Source: Mobula hypostoma
Taxonomy: Eukaryota
Length of the DNA: 64,000 nt
Direction of reading: 5' to 3'
Assembly: GCF_963921235.1 (NCBI RefSeq)
Contig: NC_086107.1
Span: forward strand, 104,162,001 to 104,226,000
The translations under genes were made by a program, and so were the position numbers. Shown here piece by piece: positions 24,636-39,241 of the stretch. Under the pieces are notes generated by a model that saw only the letters and a list, made by a program, of their open reading frames with translations, ran no database searches and was not told the origin of the DNA. Every line of letters begins with the position of its first letter. Position 1 is the first letter of the stretch.

Positions 24636-24812
24636 CTGGCCGGTGGTATAGTGCTATCAGTGCCGGACTTCAGGTCCCGAGTTTCAATCCAGCCAGTCCC
24701 TTTCACGCTTTCCATCTGTGCTGGGTTAAACATCGAGCTAACTACTTGGCCTGGTAAAAAGAAAGTCAAATGCCAAGGAAACGGCAGAAATGCCGCCCGA
24801 TGCACCACAGGG
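24636..24812 (+). mobile_element. Second tRNA-derived SINE family (copies 11590-11820 +, 41880-42105 -, 48665-48817 -, 58335-58505 -)
   Basis: gccggtgg..tagtg.(c/t)atcag.gccggact...gttt/ttcaatcc head and the shared ctttccatc(c/t)gtgctggg body. Confidence 0.7.
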
Positions 24813-25316
24813 CGCGGAAAGGAACAACAACCACCTATTCTTTGCACATTCCCATTAACACTCCCCAGATCTCCCACCAGCCACCCTCACCAGGGGTCAT
24901 TAACGGTAGCCAACTAACCTTACAACTGGAATGTCTTTGGGAAGCGGAAGGAAACGGGAGTAACAAGGAGGAAATCCAGGTTCAGGGTGAACGTGCACAC
25001 AGCTGGTGAGGATCGTAGCCAGGTGACGGAGACCGTGAGGTGGCAGTAGTACCTGCAATGCCAATGTGCTGCCACCCATGACTGCCCCATTACATCATCC
25101 TCTCCTTAAACTCACTCCGAATGTTCAAATTCCACATTGTAAACAACCTCTGAGTGAAGAATTGTTCCTCAGTCTCCCTGTTCATTACCCAAGACTGATG
25201 AAGTTCACGGTTACAGAGTCATTCAACAGTGGTGCCTGATGTTTAAAAGGAGCACTTCTTAGATCATCTAAGTCAAGTACAATGAAAAACTTGCTTTGTC
25301 TTTAGAAATTGGTTAC

Positions 25317-25517
25317 CTCTATAGAATAATGCAGAGCCGAAGATGCCGGGTGAAATGACAGGTTCTGCAGAGGTTTAATGTGGGGTTTGCCCCAGCCATT
25401 CTCTGCGTCCCATTCCACCGTTAACATGTGGTCTGTGAACGACTTGCCAAACACCAGTTTGTTGCTGTCAGGCTTCTCCTTGGGCTGTTTAGTGAGTTCA
25501 ATCTGCAAATCAGCGGC
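25317..25517 (-). CDS. bcat2: BCAT2 coding exon 3 (AADLQIELT...[12 protein letters not shown]...LHYSIE)
   Basis: 201 nt, AG/GT boundaries; BCAT motifs LVFG..FTDHML and LHY. Confidence 0.97.
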
Positions 25518-25956
25518 CTGTTTGAAGCAGAGAGACAAGGAGTCTGAGTGATGTGTTTCTGAAGACAAGGCAACCGCACGTCATAATGACTAATGTAGGA
25601 CTAACCCTGCGTGACTTCCTGGGGTGCCCTTTCCTCTGCTGATGAACAGTCATCGAGCTGGAACAGTGACACTGCCCAACCTGCTGAATATGACTACCAT
25701 TTTCTGTTTATATTCTCAGTATCTCAGTGCTTGGGTTTTGTATATTCATTTGGTAAGCATTTTCTGCTCCATCCTGTTTCACACCCTATTTTAGAGCATA
25801 GAACATAGGAGCAGAAATGTGACCGTTTGGCCCAGAGTCTGCACCGCCATTCTATCATGGCTGATCTATTGTCCCCCTCAACCCCATTCTCCCGCCTTCT
25901 CCTGTAACCTTTGACACCATTGCTAATCAAGAACTTATCAACCTCTGCTTTAAATA

Positions 25957-26799
25957 CAGTGGATTCTGGTTAATTGGGCCATCAGTAGTCAGGGCAGATG
26001 CTTACTTGGGAAAACTCTTAAAGAACAAAAACTAATCAAGAAAATAGCCAGGATTCCTTTTGTTTACTTGGTACATTGTGCCACTTAATTGGGACAGGAG
26101 ACTGTTGCCAAAGCTTCAAACAAGTGTCAGTTGCATTCTCTTGTGTGGCCGTTAAACACTAAACTGTCCTTAGACTGAACAGCTTTTTAAATAGTATCAG
26201 TTGTGTGTGTTTTATGACCAAAAAGCAGAGATTTTTGTCACTGATAGTTAGTGAGAAATAAGCAGTAAGACAATTCAGAACTGTTTTGCTCACTGCGGTT
26301 TCAAGCATTCAGGCTTAAAGATGCCAGAAACGGCTGGGAGTTAAAACAAAACCATTTCACAACATCAACAAGTTAGAAACTACAAATAATTTGAGGTATC
26401 AACAATCATCTTGAATATTACATTCAAAATGAAGATGAAGGTTCGAAGGATGCAATCATCAAAAACATTGTCTGAAGGCAATCCATTATCTATGCTTGGT
26501 GTCTGCGCTGATCTTGTTTATTTACAGTCAATCAAAAGAATGCAGCCATGTACACTGGATGAATTGCTCCATCGATGACTATTAGGAACTACAGTATTGT
26601 AGAGGTACTGTTAAGTGTTTTAATATGTACTGTATTTCATTTAACTACATAATTTGTTACTCAGGTAAATGGTACTTTGTCTTTTTTATAAGTTCAACAA
26701 TTTAAACTATTTGCATAAAACTTCGTGTAATTGGGGCAACTGTTTAATTGGGCCAAAACGTACTGGTCCCGATGTTCCTCAATTAACCAGAGTCCATTG
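25957..26799. mobile_element. Tigger/pogo-like non-autonomous DNA transposon inserted in a CR1 fragment
   Basis: TIRs CAGTGGATTCTGGTTAATTG / CAATTAACCAGAGTCCATTG with TA TSD; CR1 sequence resumes across the insertion. Confidence 0.85.
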
Positions 26800-28688
26800 T
26801 ATACCCAATGACTTTGGATCCACAGCTGTCTGTGGCAATGAATTCCACAAATTCAACACCTTCTGGCTAATGAAATTCCTCCTCATCCCTGTTCTAAAAG
26901 GATGTCCTTGTATCCTGAGATTGTGCCCTCGTCACCAAGTCCACGCTATCCAGGGCTTTCAATATTTGATAGATTTCAATGAGATCTGCCTATTATTTTG
27001 TAAATGACAGTATGAACCATCATCCTCTCTGAAATGTTTTCATTTTTCTACTAACCTCCTTCTGCACTCCCATAAATAACTCCGAAAATTCTTCCCATTC
27101 ACTCCTTCCCAGTATGAAGCAACTATGAAATTGGCGTCCTGGTCTTTGCTTCTTCCCACAGGTTTCTAGCTATACAAATCGTTCCTGCCTGATTTGCTGC
27201 CTCCCCCTATGGACCTGTGACCAGCCACCAAAGGTGAGAAAGGTATTCCTGTTTTCTTCCATTCTTTCTCAATTGGACTCTGACTGCCAGGCACTCAAAC
27301 CAACCTTAGCTCCCCAACTGAGTCAGAACCTCCTTTATCTGTTCTGCATCCATCCTCAGTGATTTTATAATCATATTATCCCCATCCTATGTGTGAAGTG
27401 AGACAACGTACTTATTCTGTTCTGTTGTATTGCTTTTGTATTAACGTTCTCCACATTACCTCCTCTATCTCTTTGTCCACCTTATTATGGACACTATAAA
27501 CATTCTTTCATTAACTTATGCTGCTTTTTTTACCTTCCTACAAGTTAATTTTGGGTGGTGGGGTGGAGATACATCTCTACAAAAGGAGGGGTAATGCACT
27601 CCTTCCCCCTGCTAGCCTGCAGGTCACCCTTGGGCAATGTGTAGCACCAACCACCCCCCCCCCCGCCCCAATCAGGGTCACATGAAGCCATGGGAACAAG
27701 TTGTATGAGCATCTGGCTATGCGATCACTGACGCCAGGCAGACAATCTCTAAAGGGTATTGATAATGGCTGGGGTCACCCATCTTGTAAAGACACTGCCC
27801 AGAAGGCAGCAATGGCAAACCAGTTCTTCAGTTGAAGATCATGATCACCCATGTTATTGACAGGACACATAATGGTGATGACGACAAGTTCTTTGTCCTT
27901 GTAATCTTTACACCGTGTTTTCCAGTTCGCTGGCCTTGCTATGGCTTTCTTGTCCCAGTCAAGTTACATCCCTCCACCCAAAACCCGATCCAGCCTATGG
28001 CATGGACCATGTTCATTCAAAAAGCCACACTGAGATTCCAGAAGATGCTTGGTCATGTTCAGGATGAACCTGATTCTCTGTAAATGCAGCATCCTCCAGC
28101 AGGAAGCTGGGTGAGCTGGAGTGCGGACCCTGGGTCACCACACTACTCTGGCACTCCAAGATCCTTGCTGCTGTCCAGGATGTTATTGGTAAATACTACC
28201 CCAAGCAGAGCCACAGCCTGGTGTGCTGCTCCCAGCTGAACTATCGGGAGACTCTGGCACTGTGTATATTACTGCATGGAGGCCATATGCTTATATCTAC
28301 ACTATGTTAGAAAGGAGCTGTAGGTGCACCCAAGCTACATGAACCTGTCACAAGGTACTGCAGGACAGTACTGTATTTTATAGGCATCCGTTAGTCTTGT
28401 GAGACCATGGATTTGTGCCTTGGAAGGTTTCCAGAGCAAGGTTGTATGGAAGATCGGCAGTTGCCCATGCTGCAAGTCTCCCCTCTCCACGCCACCGACG
28501 TTGTCCAAGGGAAGGGCACTAAGGCCGATACAGCTTGGCACCGGTGTCGTCGCAGAGCAATATGTGGTTAAGTGCCTTGCTCAAGGACACAACACGCTGC
28601 CTCAGCTGAGGCTCGAACTCACAACTTCAGATCACTAGACCAACGCCTTAATCACTTGGCCACGCACCAACACTGTATTTTACCTCAC

Positions 28689-28763
28689 CTTAAATGCTGT
28701 GCAAATTGATCTGCGGGATCCATTGGAAAAGCCATGAGGGTGGGTCAACTGCTTCCGTAAAAC
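28689..28763 (-). CDS. bcat2: BCAT2 coding exon 2 (VLRKQLTHPHGFSNGSRRSICTAFK)
   Basis: tgtgttttgcAG acceptor, GTGAGG donor, 75 nt phase 0/0; ends in ...FK before AADL as in vertebrate BCAT2. Confidence 0.85.
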
Positions 28764-29999
28764 CTGCAAAACACAACATTAGCGTCAGGTGAAATGAGTG
28801 CTGAAGGGTAAAGCTGCACTCACTGCTGGGGCAGTTAGGGTGGGGGGGTGTGGAGGGGTGGTGGAATGGATATATATGCTTGGAGCAAGACTATAAGACT
28901 ATCATGAGCTCTGGCGCAGACTGGTCTTGGCAAAACCCAAACTGGTCATTGGGGAGCTGATTATGCTGCTTTATCGCACTGTCGACCGTGCCTTCCATCT
29001 CTTCGCTGACGATTGAGAGTAGAGTGATTCAGCAGCAAGTGGCCAGACTGGATTTATCCCGATTTTTGCAAACGGGATATGCCCAGACTATGTTCCACAC
29101 TGTCTGGTAGATTCCAGTGTTATATTTGTGCTGTAACACCTTGGCTAGAGGCAAAGGGTAGTTCTGGAGCCCAGATTTTCAGTACAGATGCCTGTGGAGG
29201 CCAAGCCATTGGGTATATTTAAAGCCGAAGTTGATAGGTTCTTGATTACTAAGGGTGCCAAATGGAAGACAGCAGTTGAATTAGGTTGGGAGGGATAATA
29301 AAACATGATGGAATGGTGGAACAGAATCAATGGGCCGAATGGCCTGATTCTACTCCTGTGTCTTATGGCCTACTACAAATGAGATATTATTTGCTCCCTG
29401 ATGTCATGAAATAAACCAAAAAGGCACAATGTGGATATCAGTCCCAGATTCAGTGAAGCTCAATTGCGATTTGTCGGACTTTCCTTTCATTTCCCCAGGA
29501 AATATGAAATCCTGGTGAATAGACTGACTTGACTATCGGTCCACACAAGGTGCAAACTGATTCACCTACACAAAGACCGAAATCCTCAGATCCGGGGCGA
29601 TACACTCTCTGACCAAAGGTTCTTCAATCTGAAATGTTAACTCTGCTTCCCTTCCCTCAGACATGGCCTGACCTGCAGAATATTTCCAATATTTTCTGTT
29701 TTTATACTCTGTTTTGTACTGTGCAAACCTTGATTGAATTAACTTGTCATTCATGTCAAGTATTGTTAACCTTGCACTACATACATATGGTGACAGTGTG
29801 CTCATTTGCCAAATATTTAGTTGCAGTCTTAGAATCAAAAGCTAAAGGTCAACCTGAAGAGCTGACTCGAAGACCAGTATCCCAGTCAACATTTCTCTTT
29901 CAAATATTTTCTTCTTCTTCCTTAATTTTTTTTTTGTGGGACAAATCTGTAGCTTCTACATTTACACAAGAGATTCTGCAGACGCTGGAAATCCAGAGC

Positions 30000-30032
<33 letters not shown>

Positions 30033-32439
30033 CTGGAGGACCTCAGAAGGCCAGGCAGCACTTATGGAGAGGAATAAACAGTCGACGTTTCAGGCAGAGA
30101 CCCTTCACTGGAACAGGAAAGGACAGGATAGGAAGCCCCCTGCACCCCCCCCACCTTTTTTATTGTTTATTGACATACTGTGTGGAATATACCCTCCCAA
30201 CCCTTTCAGCTTCGCCACCCAACAATCCCCCAATTTAGTCCTAGCTTAATCACGGGACAATTTACAATGACCAATTAACCTACCAGCCAGTACGTCTTTG
30301 GACTGTGGGAGGAAACCAGAGCACCCGGAGGAAACCTATGCAGTCACAGGTACAAGGTACAAACACCTTACAGGCAGCGGAGGGATTATTTGGGCTTCTT
30401 TCCCCCTTCCTTTCTAGTCCCGATGAAGGGTCGCAGCCCGAAACATCAACTGCTTATTCCTCTCCATAGATGCTGCCTGACTTTCTGAGCTCTCACACTT
30501 ATCTACACAACAAGTAATCATACTTAAAAGGAATTCATTCATTCACAAACAAGAGAAAAATCTGCGGATGCTAGAAATCTGAGCAACACACACAAAAATG
30601 CTGGAGGGACTCAGCAGGCCAGGCAGCATCCATGGAAAAAAACACAGTCAACATTTCGGGCCGAAACCCTTCGGCAGGACTTTCATTCAGTCATATGCAT
30701 TGTAGGACAATTCCTGAGCCGACAACATCAGCTTTTTTAAAAAATAAGAACCTCCACAGGGTGCAAAAGTTTCAGAACCCAATCTGAACACTGAAGAAGT
30801 AAACTAACAGCATAAAACAGGAAAATACTGCAGAGATGAATCCTACACTAGATTGATTTTAGACGATGATCCAGGCACAACAATGCCGGTGAAAGCAGAA
30901 TGCATTACTTTGAATTCCAACCTCCGCACAACACAGACTTTCAACAATCATTTATTGCTTGGGCACATTTGCATTTTGTTAGCTCAGCGACTCAAAGGTT
31001 AGAAGACGGGATCCTTTCTGATAATAAGCCTCCCAGGCCGGTTCAAAGTACATTGCTTTTGTTCACATTAAGAGAAACACTCACAGAAAGGGGAACTAGA
31101 CTCGACTTGCTCTGCTTGAAGCTCTGTTACGTTCTACATTTTATTCTTGGGAATTCTTCACGAAAAGATCAAGGTAAGAAAATGAATGAGAAAGAAATGT
31201 TTTCCCTCAAGTTAAGGGGGTCCATGGACCCTCTTGGTTGATGGTACAGGTCTATGGCAGAAAAGAGGTTGGGAACTCCTGGTATAGTGTCATAAAGTGG
31301 AGGTTTGCGTGTAAGGTTCTGTTAGAGAAGGAAGCTTGTTCACTCTGCTCAATTTAGAGGTTGTAGTACATTGTCGCTACTGGAATTGCACATTGTTTCT
31401 TCAAAGTAAGACACAGCAACATAACTAAGGCGGACATGTTGGTGTGCTGTATTCCCCTCTCCTGGCACTTGAAAAGGTTCAGGCTGCTCCCTCCTGGGTA
31501 AACACAGAAATCTGAAGCCATGCCCGCTACCCCCACACATTCCTAGTCACAATCAGAGGCCCGATAAGGCCGTCTCAAGCTTTTCTGTGCTTCTCTCAAT
31601 CCGCTAATTCTTTATCCCCACATCTATAGAAAGAGTCCTACCACCCTTCATCTCGGATCCATTCATGGGAAAGACTTTGGACCAAGTTTACACGCACAGT
31701 CATTCGTCCTTTCAGAGTTACATAGACAAGTCAGCTGATATCCTGAGGGACCCAAAGGGAATGCAAATCTCTTCATTATTTTCAAGAACAATTAATCTGG
31801 AGGGGATACAATGAAGGCTCACTGGACAGATCGCTGGGACTGACATACTCGGGGAAGACTGGCTTGACCAGGCCTACCCTCAGCATTGTACAGCAGCTAG
31901 CAGAGCCACTGACTCACACCACCAGAGACCCGGGATCAATCCTGACCTTGGGTGCCATCTATGTGGAGTTTTCATGCTCTTCCTGTGACTACGCCGATTT
32001 CCTCAGCATGCTTCAATTCTTGCTACATTCCAGTCTTGCGGGTTAATTGGCCACTGTAAATGCCTCTAATGTGTAGGTGAGTGGTAGAATATGGAGGAGG
32101 AGTGGGAGCAGGCGGTGGGGGGGGGGAGGAAGGAACTTTTAAAAACTTATTTATTGATAAACAGTGCGGAATAGGCTCTTCGAGCCCTTCCAGCCACACC
32201 GCCCAGCAATCTCCCAATTCAATCCCAGACTAATCACGGGACAATATACAATGACCAATTAACCTACATCTTTGGACTGTGGGGGGATACTAGAGCACCC
32301 GGAGGAAACCCACGAGGTCACAGGGAGAACGTGCAAACTCCTCGTAGGCAGCGGCGGGAACTGAACCCGGGTCGCTTGTACTGTAAAGCATTGCGCTAAC
32401 CACTACACCACCATGCCACCCCACTTAATGGAAATGTAG

Positions 32440-33150
32440 GGTCCCCATCTACATCAACGGAGCTGTAGTGGAGCGTGTATCAAGCTTCAAATTCCTTGGT
32501 GTCCACATTTCCGAGGATCTCACCTGGCCCCTGAACTCCTCCATCCTGATCAAAAAGGTGCAACAGCACCTTTATTTCCTGCGGAGCACGAAGAAAGCTC
32601 ACCTCCGTCCCAGGATACTGACGGACTTTTACAGCTGTACCATTGAGAGCATACGCACCAACTGCATCTCGGTGTGGTATGGCAATTGTCCCATATCAGA
32701 CCACAAAGCACTCCAGCGTGTGGTGAAAACTGCCCAGCGGATTATCGGCACCCAATTGCCCACCATTGAGAACATCTACCATAAACACTGCCTGGGCAGG
32801 GCGAAAAGCATTATCAAGGATGCATCTCACCCTAACGATGGACTTTTTACTTTCCTCCCATCCGGTAGGCACTACAGGAGCCTCCGCTCCCGCACCAGCA
32901 GACACAGGAAGAGTTTCTTCCCTGAGGCTGTGACACTGCTGAACCTCTCATCACAGCGCTAAGCAGTATTGCATCCGTACTGTACTGTCTCAGTACTTTT
33001 ATATTTGTGTGCTGTAGCACTCTTTTTATTTGCAGTTATTTTGTAAATAACACTATTCTTTGCATTTCTGGTCAGATGCTAAATGCATTTCATTGACTTT
33101 GTATCTGTACTCGGCACAATGGCAATAAAGCTGAATCTAATCTAATTTAA
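32440..33150 (+). mobile_element. Rex1/Babar-type LINE 3' end
   Basis: ERVSSFKFLGVHISEDLTW...LPSGRHYRSLRSRTSRHRKSFFPEAV; AATAAA plus (CTAAT)n tail. Confidence 0.88.
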
Positions 33151-36120
33151 TGTAAAATAGGATTCATGTCGGATTCAGGTGGTCAACATGGACGGGGTTG
33201 GTCGAAGGGCCTGGTTTCTTGCTGCATCTCTCGATGACTCTACTTCGGAATAATCAGGAGATTTTGATGGATTATACAAAATTCTGGCAGACTGGATGCA
33301 GGGACGCTTCCCCAGTCTGGGATTGAGAGGAGGGGACATGATTTTCAGCACCACAGACCAAAGACACCGGTACGCAGTACAGCACCTGGGACTGAGGTAA
33401 GAAATTTCTTTACTGAAGAGGGTGGTTAACATGTTGGAATTATCAAGTATAATAGAGGCCAAGTTGTTGAATATATTTGTGAAGGGGATAGAAACAGTTC
33501 TGAAAGCAAAAGGCATCAAGGGGTATGGAACTAAGACAGAGGATCACAATTGAACTGATTGGCAGAGTACCCTCAAAGATCAGTATAGCTCTTTTCTATT
33601 CATATTCCTATGTTTCTAGGTTCTAAAACACAGTATCCGGTGAGACCTTCTCTGCCAAATGTGTAGAGTTAAACATTAAATAAAGACTGGAAATTGATGA
33701 GCCAAGTGTATTAAGAGGCAAATACATTAGAGGCTTTTAAAAAACACTTAGATAGGCACAAGAATGTGAGGAGCATGAAGGCATTAGTAGGACTGATTAG
33801 CTTTTGTTTCTTTTTTATTTACTTTTTAGCTGGTTCGGTACAACATTGTGGGCCGAAGGGCCTGTCCCTGTACATAAAGGCATATATGTATATAAAGGCA
33901 CTGTCAGTTCTGCACCGTCTGTAGCAACCGTCCCTGTGTGCTATCAAAACCAGATTGCAGTCAGCACCCAAGATACCTATGCTCCCGTTATCATTATGCA
34001 AAAAAAAATCTTGATAATGCTGTTAGTAGAGCCAGAGAATGCAACGTACAATACTAAATTAGCCATTATCACCATGGCAACCAGTAATCGTGCCCCAAAA
34101 ATGCATGGGAATATAATAAATAATTCAGTCTTCATTCCAGTGACTACAGGAAGCTGGCTTTGTTAGCCAGATTGGTGAGGCAGGTTATTTTTTTTGCCCA
34201 TTCTTAATTATTCTCAAACAGAATGTTTTGCTGGATAACTTCAGAAAGTCGATAAGATTCGACTAAATTGATGGCCTGGAGTCAAATATTGACTAGATAA
34301 CACAGGAATGGTATTTATCCCTCCCTGAATACCTTGTGAGACTTGAACACCCTGCTACCAACCAGTACACATTATTTGACAGTGCCAGTAGCAGTATACT
34401 GCTGTATGTTTAATTACCTGTCACATATGCACTTTACAATTTGTAGACTCCAGAATATTTCTCCCTCCCCGTTCCCCTCTTCCTCTATTCTCAACTCTGG
34501 CCTTTCACCTCTTTTCACCTGCCTTTCTCTCCCCTTGGGTCCCCTCCTCCTTCCCTTTTTCCTGTGGACCACTCTCCTCTCCTATCAGATCTTTCCTCTC
34601 CGGCCCTTTATCTTTCCCACCCACCTGGTTTCACCTATCACCTTCTAGCTCTCCTCCTTCCCCTACCCCCAACCTTTTTATTCTGGTGTCTTCCCCCCTT
34701 CTTTCTTAGTCCTGAAGTAGGGTCTCAGCCTGAAATGTCGACTGTTTATTCATTTCCACAGATGCTGCCTGACCTGCTGAGTTCCTCCAGCATTTTGTGT
34801 GTGTTACTTTCTTTTATCTGTTAATATTATTTTACGTGCTGTATGTGATATATTTATTTATTGAGATAAAGCCCAGAATAGGCCCTTCCAGCCCTTTGAG
34901 CCGCACCGCCCAGTAATCCCCGATTTAATCCTAGCCCAATCATGGGACAATTTACGACTTACCAACCAGATAGTGTGGGAGGAAACCAGGGCACCCGAAG
35001 GAAACCCACGTGATCACGGGAAGAACGTACACAATTACCAAGCAGCGGCGGGAATTGAACCCAGGTCGCTGGTACTGTAAGGCGCTGTGCTAACCACTAC
35101 GCTAGCTTAGTTAATTACGTAATTAATCTGTTTCCACACCATAGTCCAGGCTTCTGCTGACTACCATGCCTCTATGCTACAGAACAGTACATGGTTTGAC
35201 AGCAGCTAATTGCTCAGTGAGCTGAATACTTACCAGAGGTACATTTCCCAAAATCTCTAAGCAAGACACCGGGGTAATAGGACTGAGAGTCCGAACATCT
35301 CGGGACATTTAACAATTAGCTTTATTTATGACAAGGAAATGGTCACACACAGTGAAATGCATCATTTGCGTCAAATCAAATCAGTGAGGATTGTGCTGGG
35401 CAGCCCACAAGTGTCAGCACTCTTCCGGCACCAACACAGCAAGCCCACAATTAACCCTGAACGTACAGCTTCGGAGTGCGGGGAAGAAATCCACGTGGCC
35501 ATGGGGAGAACGTACAAAATCCTCACGGGCAGCGGCGGGAGTTGAACCCCGACCTTACCGCTCACGCAGTAATAGCGTGACAATAATGAGTACACTACCG
35601 TACCGCCCTGCACAGGTCAAGTCTCAGATCCGACTAGTCAGTGCTACTTGAGTTAACTGATCTCATTGTGGAGATTGGTAGGAATAAAACCAAGTTCAGT
35701 AAATAATGAGGCAGGGGAAAAGCGGTGCAAAGGGAGAGTTCATGTTGGAAGGGAAGGACGCAGTGAGTCTGCATTAGCCACTTTGGATAAATATTTTGTA
35801 CCTGAAGAGATCAACAAAGAACAGGGTCAAATAGATTCAGTCACACAGACCCTTTGGCACTTACACCAATCCACTAACACCTTTTTTATGTTATCTTACC
35901 CCATCCCACAAATTCCAGCCACAGTTCCTGGAATGAGGAAAGAATGCCTGGATTTCAATAATAATTAACCCTCTTCAAAGAGAGAAAAAATTTGCAGAAA
36001 CATCAGTGAGTTATGCTTCACTAGTTTAGAGGATTGTGACTGCTTTGTTAACAAATGTTTCTGGCAATAGACAGAACAATTGTTAAAGATACCATTGCAG
36101 AAACACTCCATGCCAAAATA

Positions 36121-36671
36121 TTCACGGCTTCCTCTACTGTAAAGATGAAGCCACACTCAGGTTGGAGGAACAACACCTTATATTCCGTCTGGGTAGCTTC
36201 CAACCTGATGGCATGAACATTGACTTCTCAAACTTCCGCTAATGCCCCACCTCCCCCTCGTACCCCATCCGTTATTTATTTATATACACACATTCTTTCT
36301 CTCTCTCTCCTTTTTCTCCCTCTGTCCCTCTGACTATACCCCTTGCCCATCCTCTGGGTTCCCCCCTCCACTTTCCTTCTCCCTGGACCTCCTGTCCCAT
36401 GATCCTCTCATATTCCTTTTGCCAATCACCTATCCAGCTCTTGGCTCCATCCCTCCCCCTCCTGTCTTCTCCTATCATTTTGGATCTCCCCCTCCCTCTC
36501 CCACTTTCAAATCTCTTACTAGCTCTTCTTTCAGTTAGTCCTGACGAAGGGGCTCGGCCTGAAATGTCGACTTTACCTCGTCCTAGAGATGCTCCCTGGC
36601 CTGCTGCGTTCACCAGCAACTTTGATGTGTGTTGCTTGAATTTCCAGCATCTGCAGAACTTCTTGTGTTTG
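36121..36671 (+). mobile_element. Penelope-like 3' fragment
   Basis: 12-bp TSD CATGCCAAAATA; GIY-YIG tail plus pLTR. Confidence 0.88.
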
Positions 36672-37230
36672 CATGCCAAAATAAAAGTCACTAATCAAAT
36701 ATTGCTTAGACAATAAATTCCAGAGATACCTTAAGTTATCTGTAACCCTTGTTTCAGGGTTCTTACAATCTCTGAAGTTGCTAACTGCAACTTATTTTCA
36801 TATTGTACACAGTGTCCCAGTACACTTCACCAAGTGCCAGCAAGCAGGCAGGAAACACTGAGCTAGGAAGGAAAGTTTCAATTAATCTTAAAGGACTCGG
36901 TGATAAGGTGGAAACTCGAAGCTTTTCTCCCCCTCCCCAAGTAGGAAATAAACGAATAACTTAGAATGCCAAAGTATGGGAAGAACCATATCTCAGCCAC
37001 CAGATTGAAGTTCAGATTTATTTATCAGGCGAACATCGAAACAGTCATTGTTTGCATTGCCCAAGAAACCAAAATAAGGAATGCACGCTAGAGGCCAATC
37101 AAATCTGAAGATACTAGAAAACTCAGGATCCTTGGGACTTTGATGGTGCTATGCTGATTTCCTGGCTGGTAGATGTTACCCCTAATAATGCCAAAACACA
37201 ATTCCATTTCACTATTTTTACACGTATTAT

Positions 37231-37766
37231 ACAATCAGTGGCCATTTTAGTAGTTACCTCTGGTTCCTAATAAAGTGGCCACTGCATGTATCATCCTGGC
37301 CTTCTGCTGTGTCGTGTTTGACATGTTGTACGTTCAGAGATGCTCTTCTGCACACCACTGCTGTAACGTGTGGTTATCTGAGTTACTGTCACCTTCCTGT
37401 CAGCTTGAACCAGTTCTGCCCATTCTCCTCTGACCTCTCTCTCATTATCGAGTCATTTTCACCGACAGAACTGCTGCTCACTGGATTTTTTTTTGTTTCT
37501 TGCTCCATTCTCTGTAAACCCTAAAGACTATACCGTGTGAAAATCTCAGGAGATCTGAGATATTCAAACCACCCCATCCTGATGAACAACAATCATTCCA
37601 CGGTCAAAGTCAGTTAGATCACATTTCTTCCCCATTCTTATGTTTGGTGTGAACAACAACTGAACCTCTTGATCGTGTTTGCATGCTCTTATGCTGCTAA
37701 ATGATTGGTTGATTAGATATTTGCATTAACTGGCAGGTATACCTAATAAAGTGGCCAATAAGTGTA
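37231..37766 (-). mobile_element. Tc1/mariner non-autonomous remnant, same family as 553-1085
   Basis: cagtggccattttag...ctaataaagtggcca termini; colinear with the first copy. Confidence 0.85.
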
Positions 37767-38407
37767 CACAATAAATTTTGCAGTGAACCAAGTAACTTTA
37801 AGGTGGTGAAAAATACACAAGCTCAGGACACCAGCCCTGGTACAAATCCACCAAAGTTCCAGATCCCTGGTGTTCTGGATTCCAACTCCAGCTACAAACC
37901 TGACTCACGATCCAGACCGCTGGCTCTGGCCACGAACCCTTGCCTGCACTCTGAATCTCTAGATTACATTTATTGATTTATTTAGATACAGCACAGCCCA
38001 ACGGGCCCACGCTGCCAAATTACACCCACGTGATTAATTAAGCTGTACGTCTTTGGAATGTGAGAGAAAACCGTAGCACCCGGAGGAAACCCATGCAGCC
38101 ACGGGGGCAAACGTACAAACTCCTCGCAGAGAGTGGAGCTGGTCTAATAAGCGAGCCAATGCTGGATTTCAGAACTATTGGATACTGGATTACAGAAGTC
38201 TTACTGCAGTTGTAAAAGCAAATTGCAGTCATACCTTGATGGCAAAGATAAGTATTTTGAATTTGCAATGCACAGAGTGTAAACCAAAAGGTAAGGTCTA
38301 ATGTAGAAAGGAAGCAGCATTGTGTAAGGTATAGTCAGGCTGAAAGCAGACACTTCAGAGTTTACAGAGGGTCAATAAAGACAGATAAACAGAACAAAGG
38401 GTGACAG

Positions 38408-38790
38408 GGTGGAGATACATCTCTACCAAAGGAGGTGTAAGACACTCCTCTCCGCTAGCTTGCAGGTCACCCTTGGGCAAGGTGTCACACCTGCTTAACA
38501 CCCTCCCCTCGCCCCCCCCCCCAGATCAGGGTCATATGAAGTCATGGGACTAGGTGGTGGATGGTCGTATGAGCAGCTGGTCCACATCACAAGTCCTGGT
38601 TATGTGACCACTGACGCCAGGCAGCCAATCTCTGAAGAGTATTGATCATGGCTGGGGCCGCCCATCTTGTAAAGAGACTGCCCAGAAAAGACAATGGCAA
38701 ACCACTTCTGTAGAAAAATTTGCCAAGAACAATCATGGTCACGATACCACGATCGCCTACATCATGTGACACGGCAGATAATGATGATGA
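38408..38790 (+). mobile_element. RTE-tailed SINE-like repeat (second copy 27562-27885)
   Basis: Two colinear copies; caatggcaaaccact motif and (TGA)n tail. Confidence 0.65.
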
Positions 38791-39046
38791 AATAAAATAA
38801 GCAATAATTATTTATGGTCATGACAAAATAGGGCTTGGTGGTTGGTGGTATAGAGGCAGGCAATGAATAAGTAAAATATGATGGAGAGAATACAATATAC
38901 GGCTAGAGCTGCCCTTTTCTGGGTAGTGAAGGTTCAGGAGAAATTTGATCCAAAGCAGTTCAAAATCATGATATGATTTATAAAATGAGGTTATTTGGTT
39001 ACCCGTTATTCGAGTAGCAATAACCACATAACACAGATGGAAGTTC

Positions 39047-39241
39047 GCAAACACGAGGAATCCTGCAGATGCTGGAAATTCAAGCAACACTCATCAAAGT
39101 TGCTGGCGAACGCAGCAGGCCAGGCAGCATCTCTAGGACACAGAGATGGGAGTCAGGACACAGGGTCTCAGCCCGAAACGTTGACTGTACGTCTTCCTAG
39201 AGATGCTGCCTGACCTGCTGCGTTCACCAGTAACTTTGATG
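39047..39241. mobile_element. Fold-back Penelope pLTR insertion
   Basis: Inverted arms; 14-bp TSD ACAGATGGAAGTTC. Confidence 0.88.
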
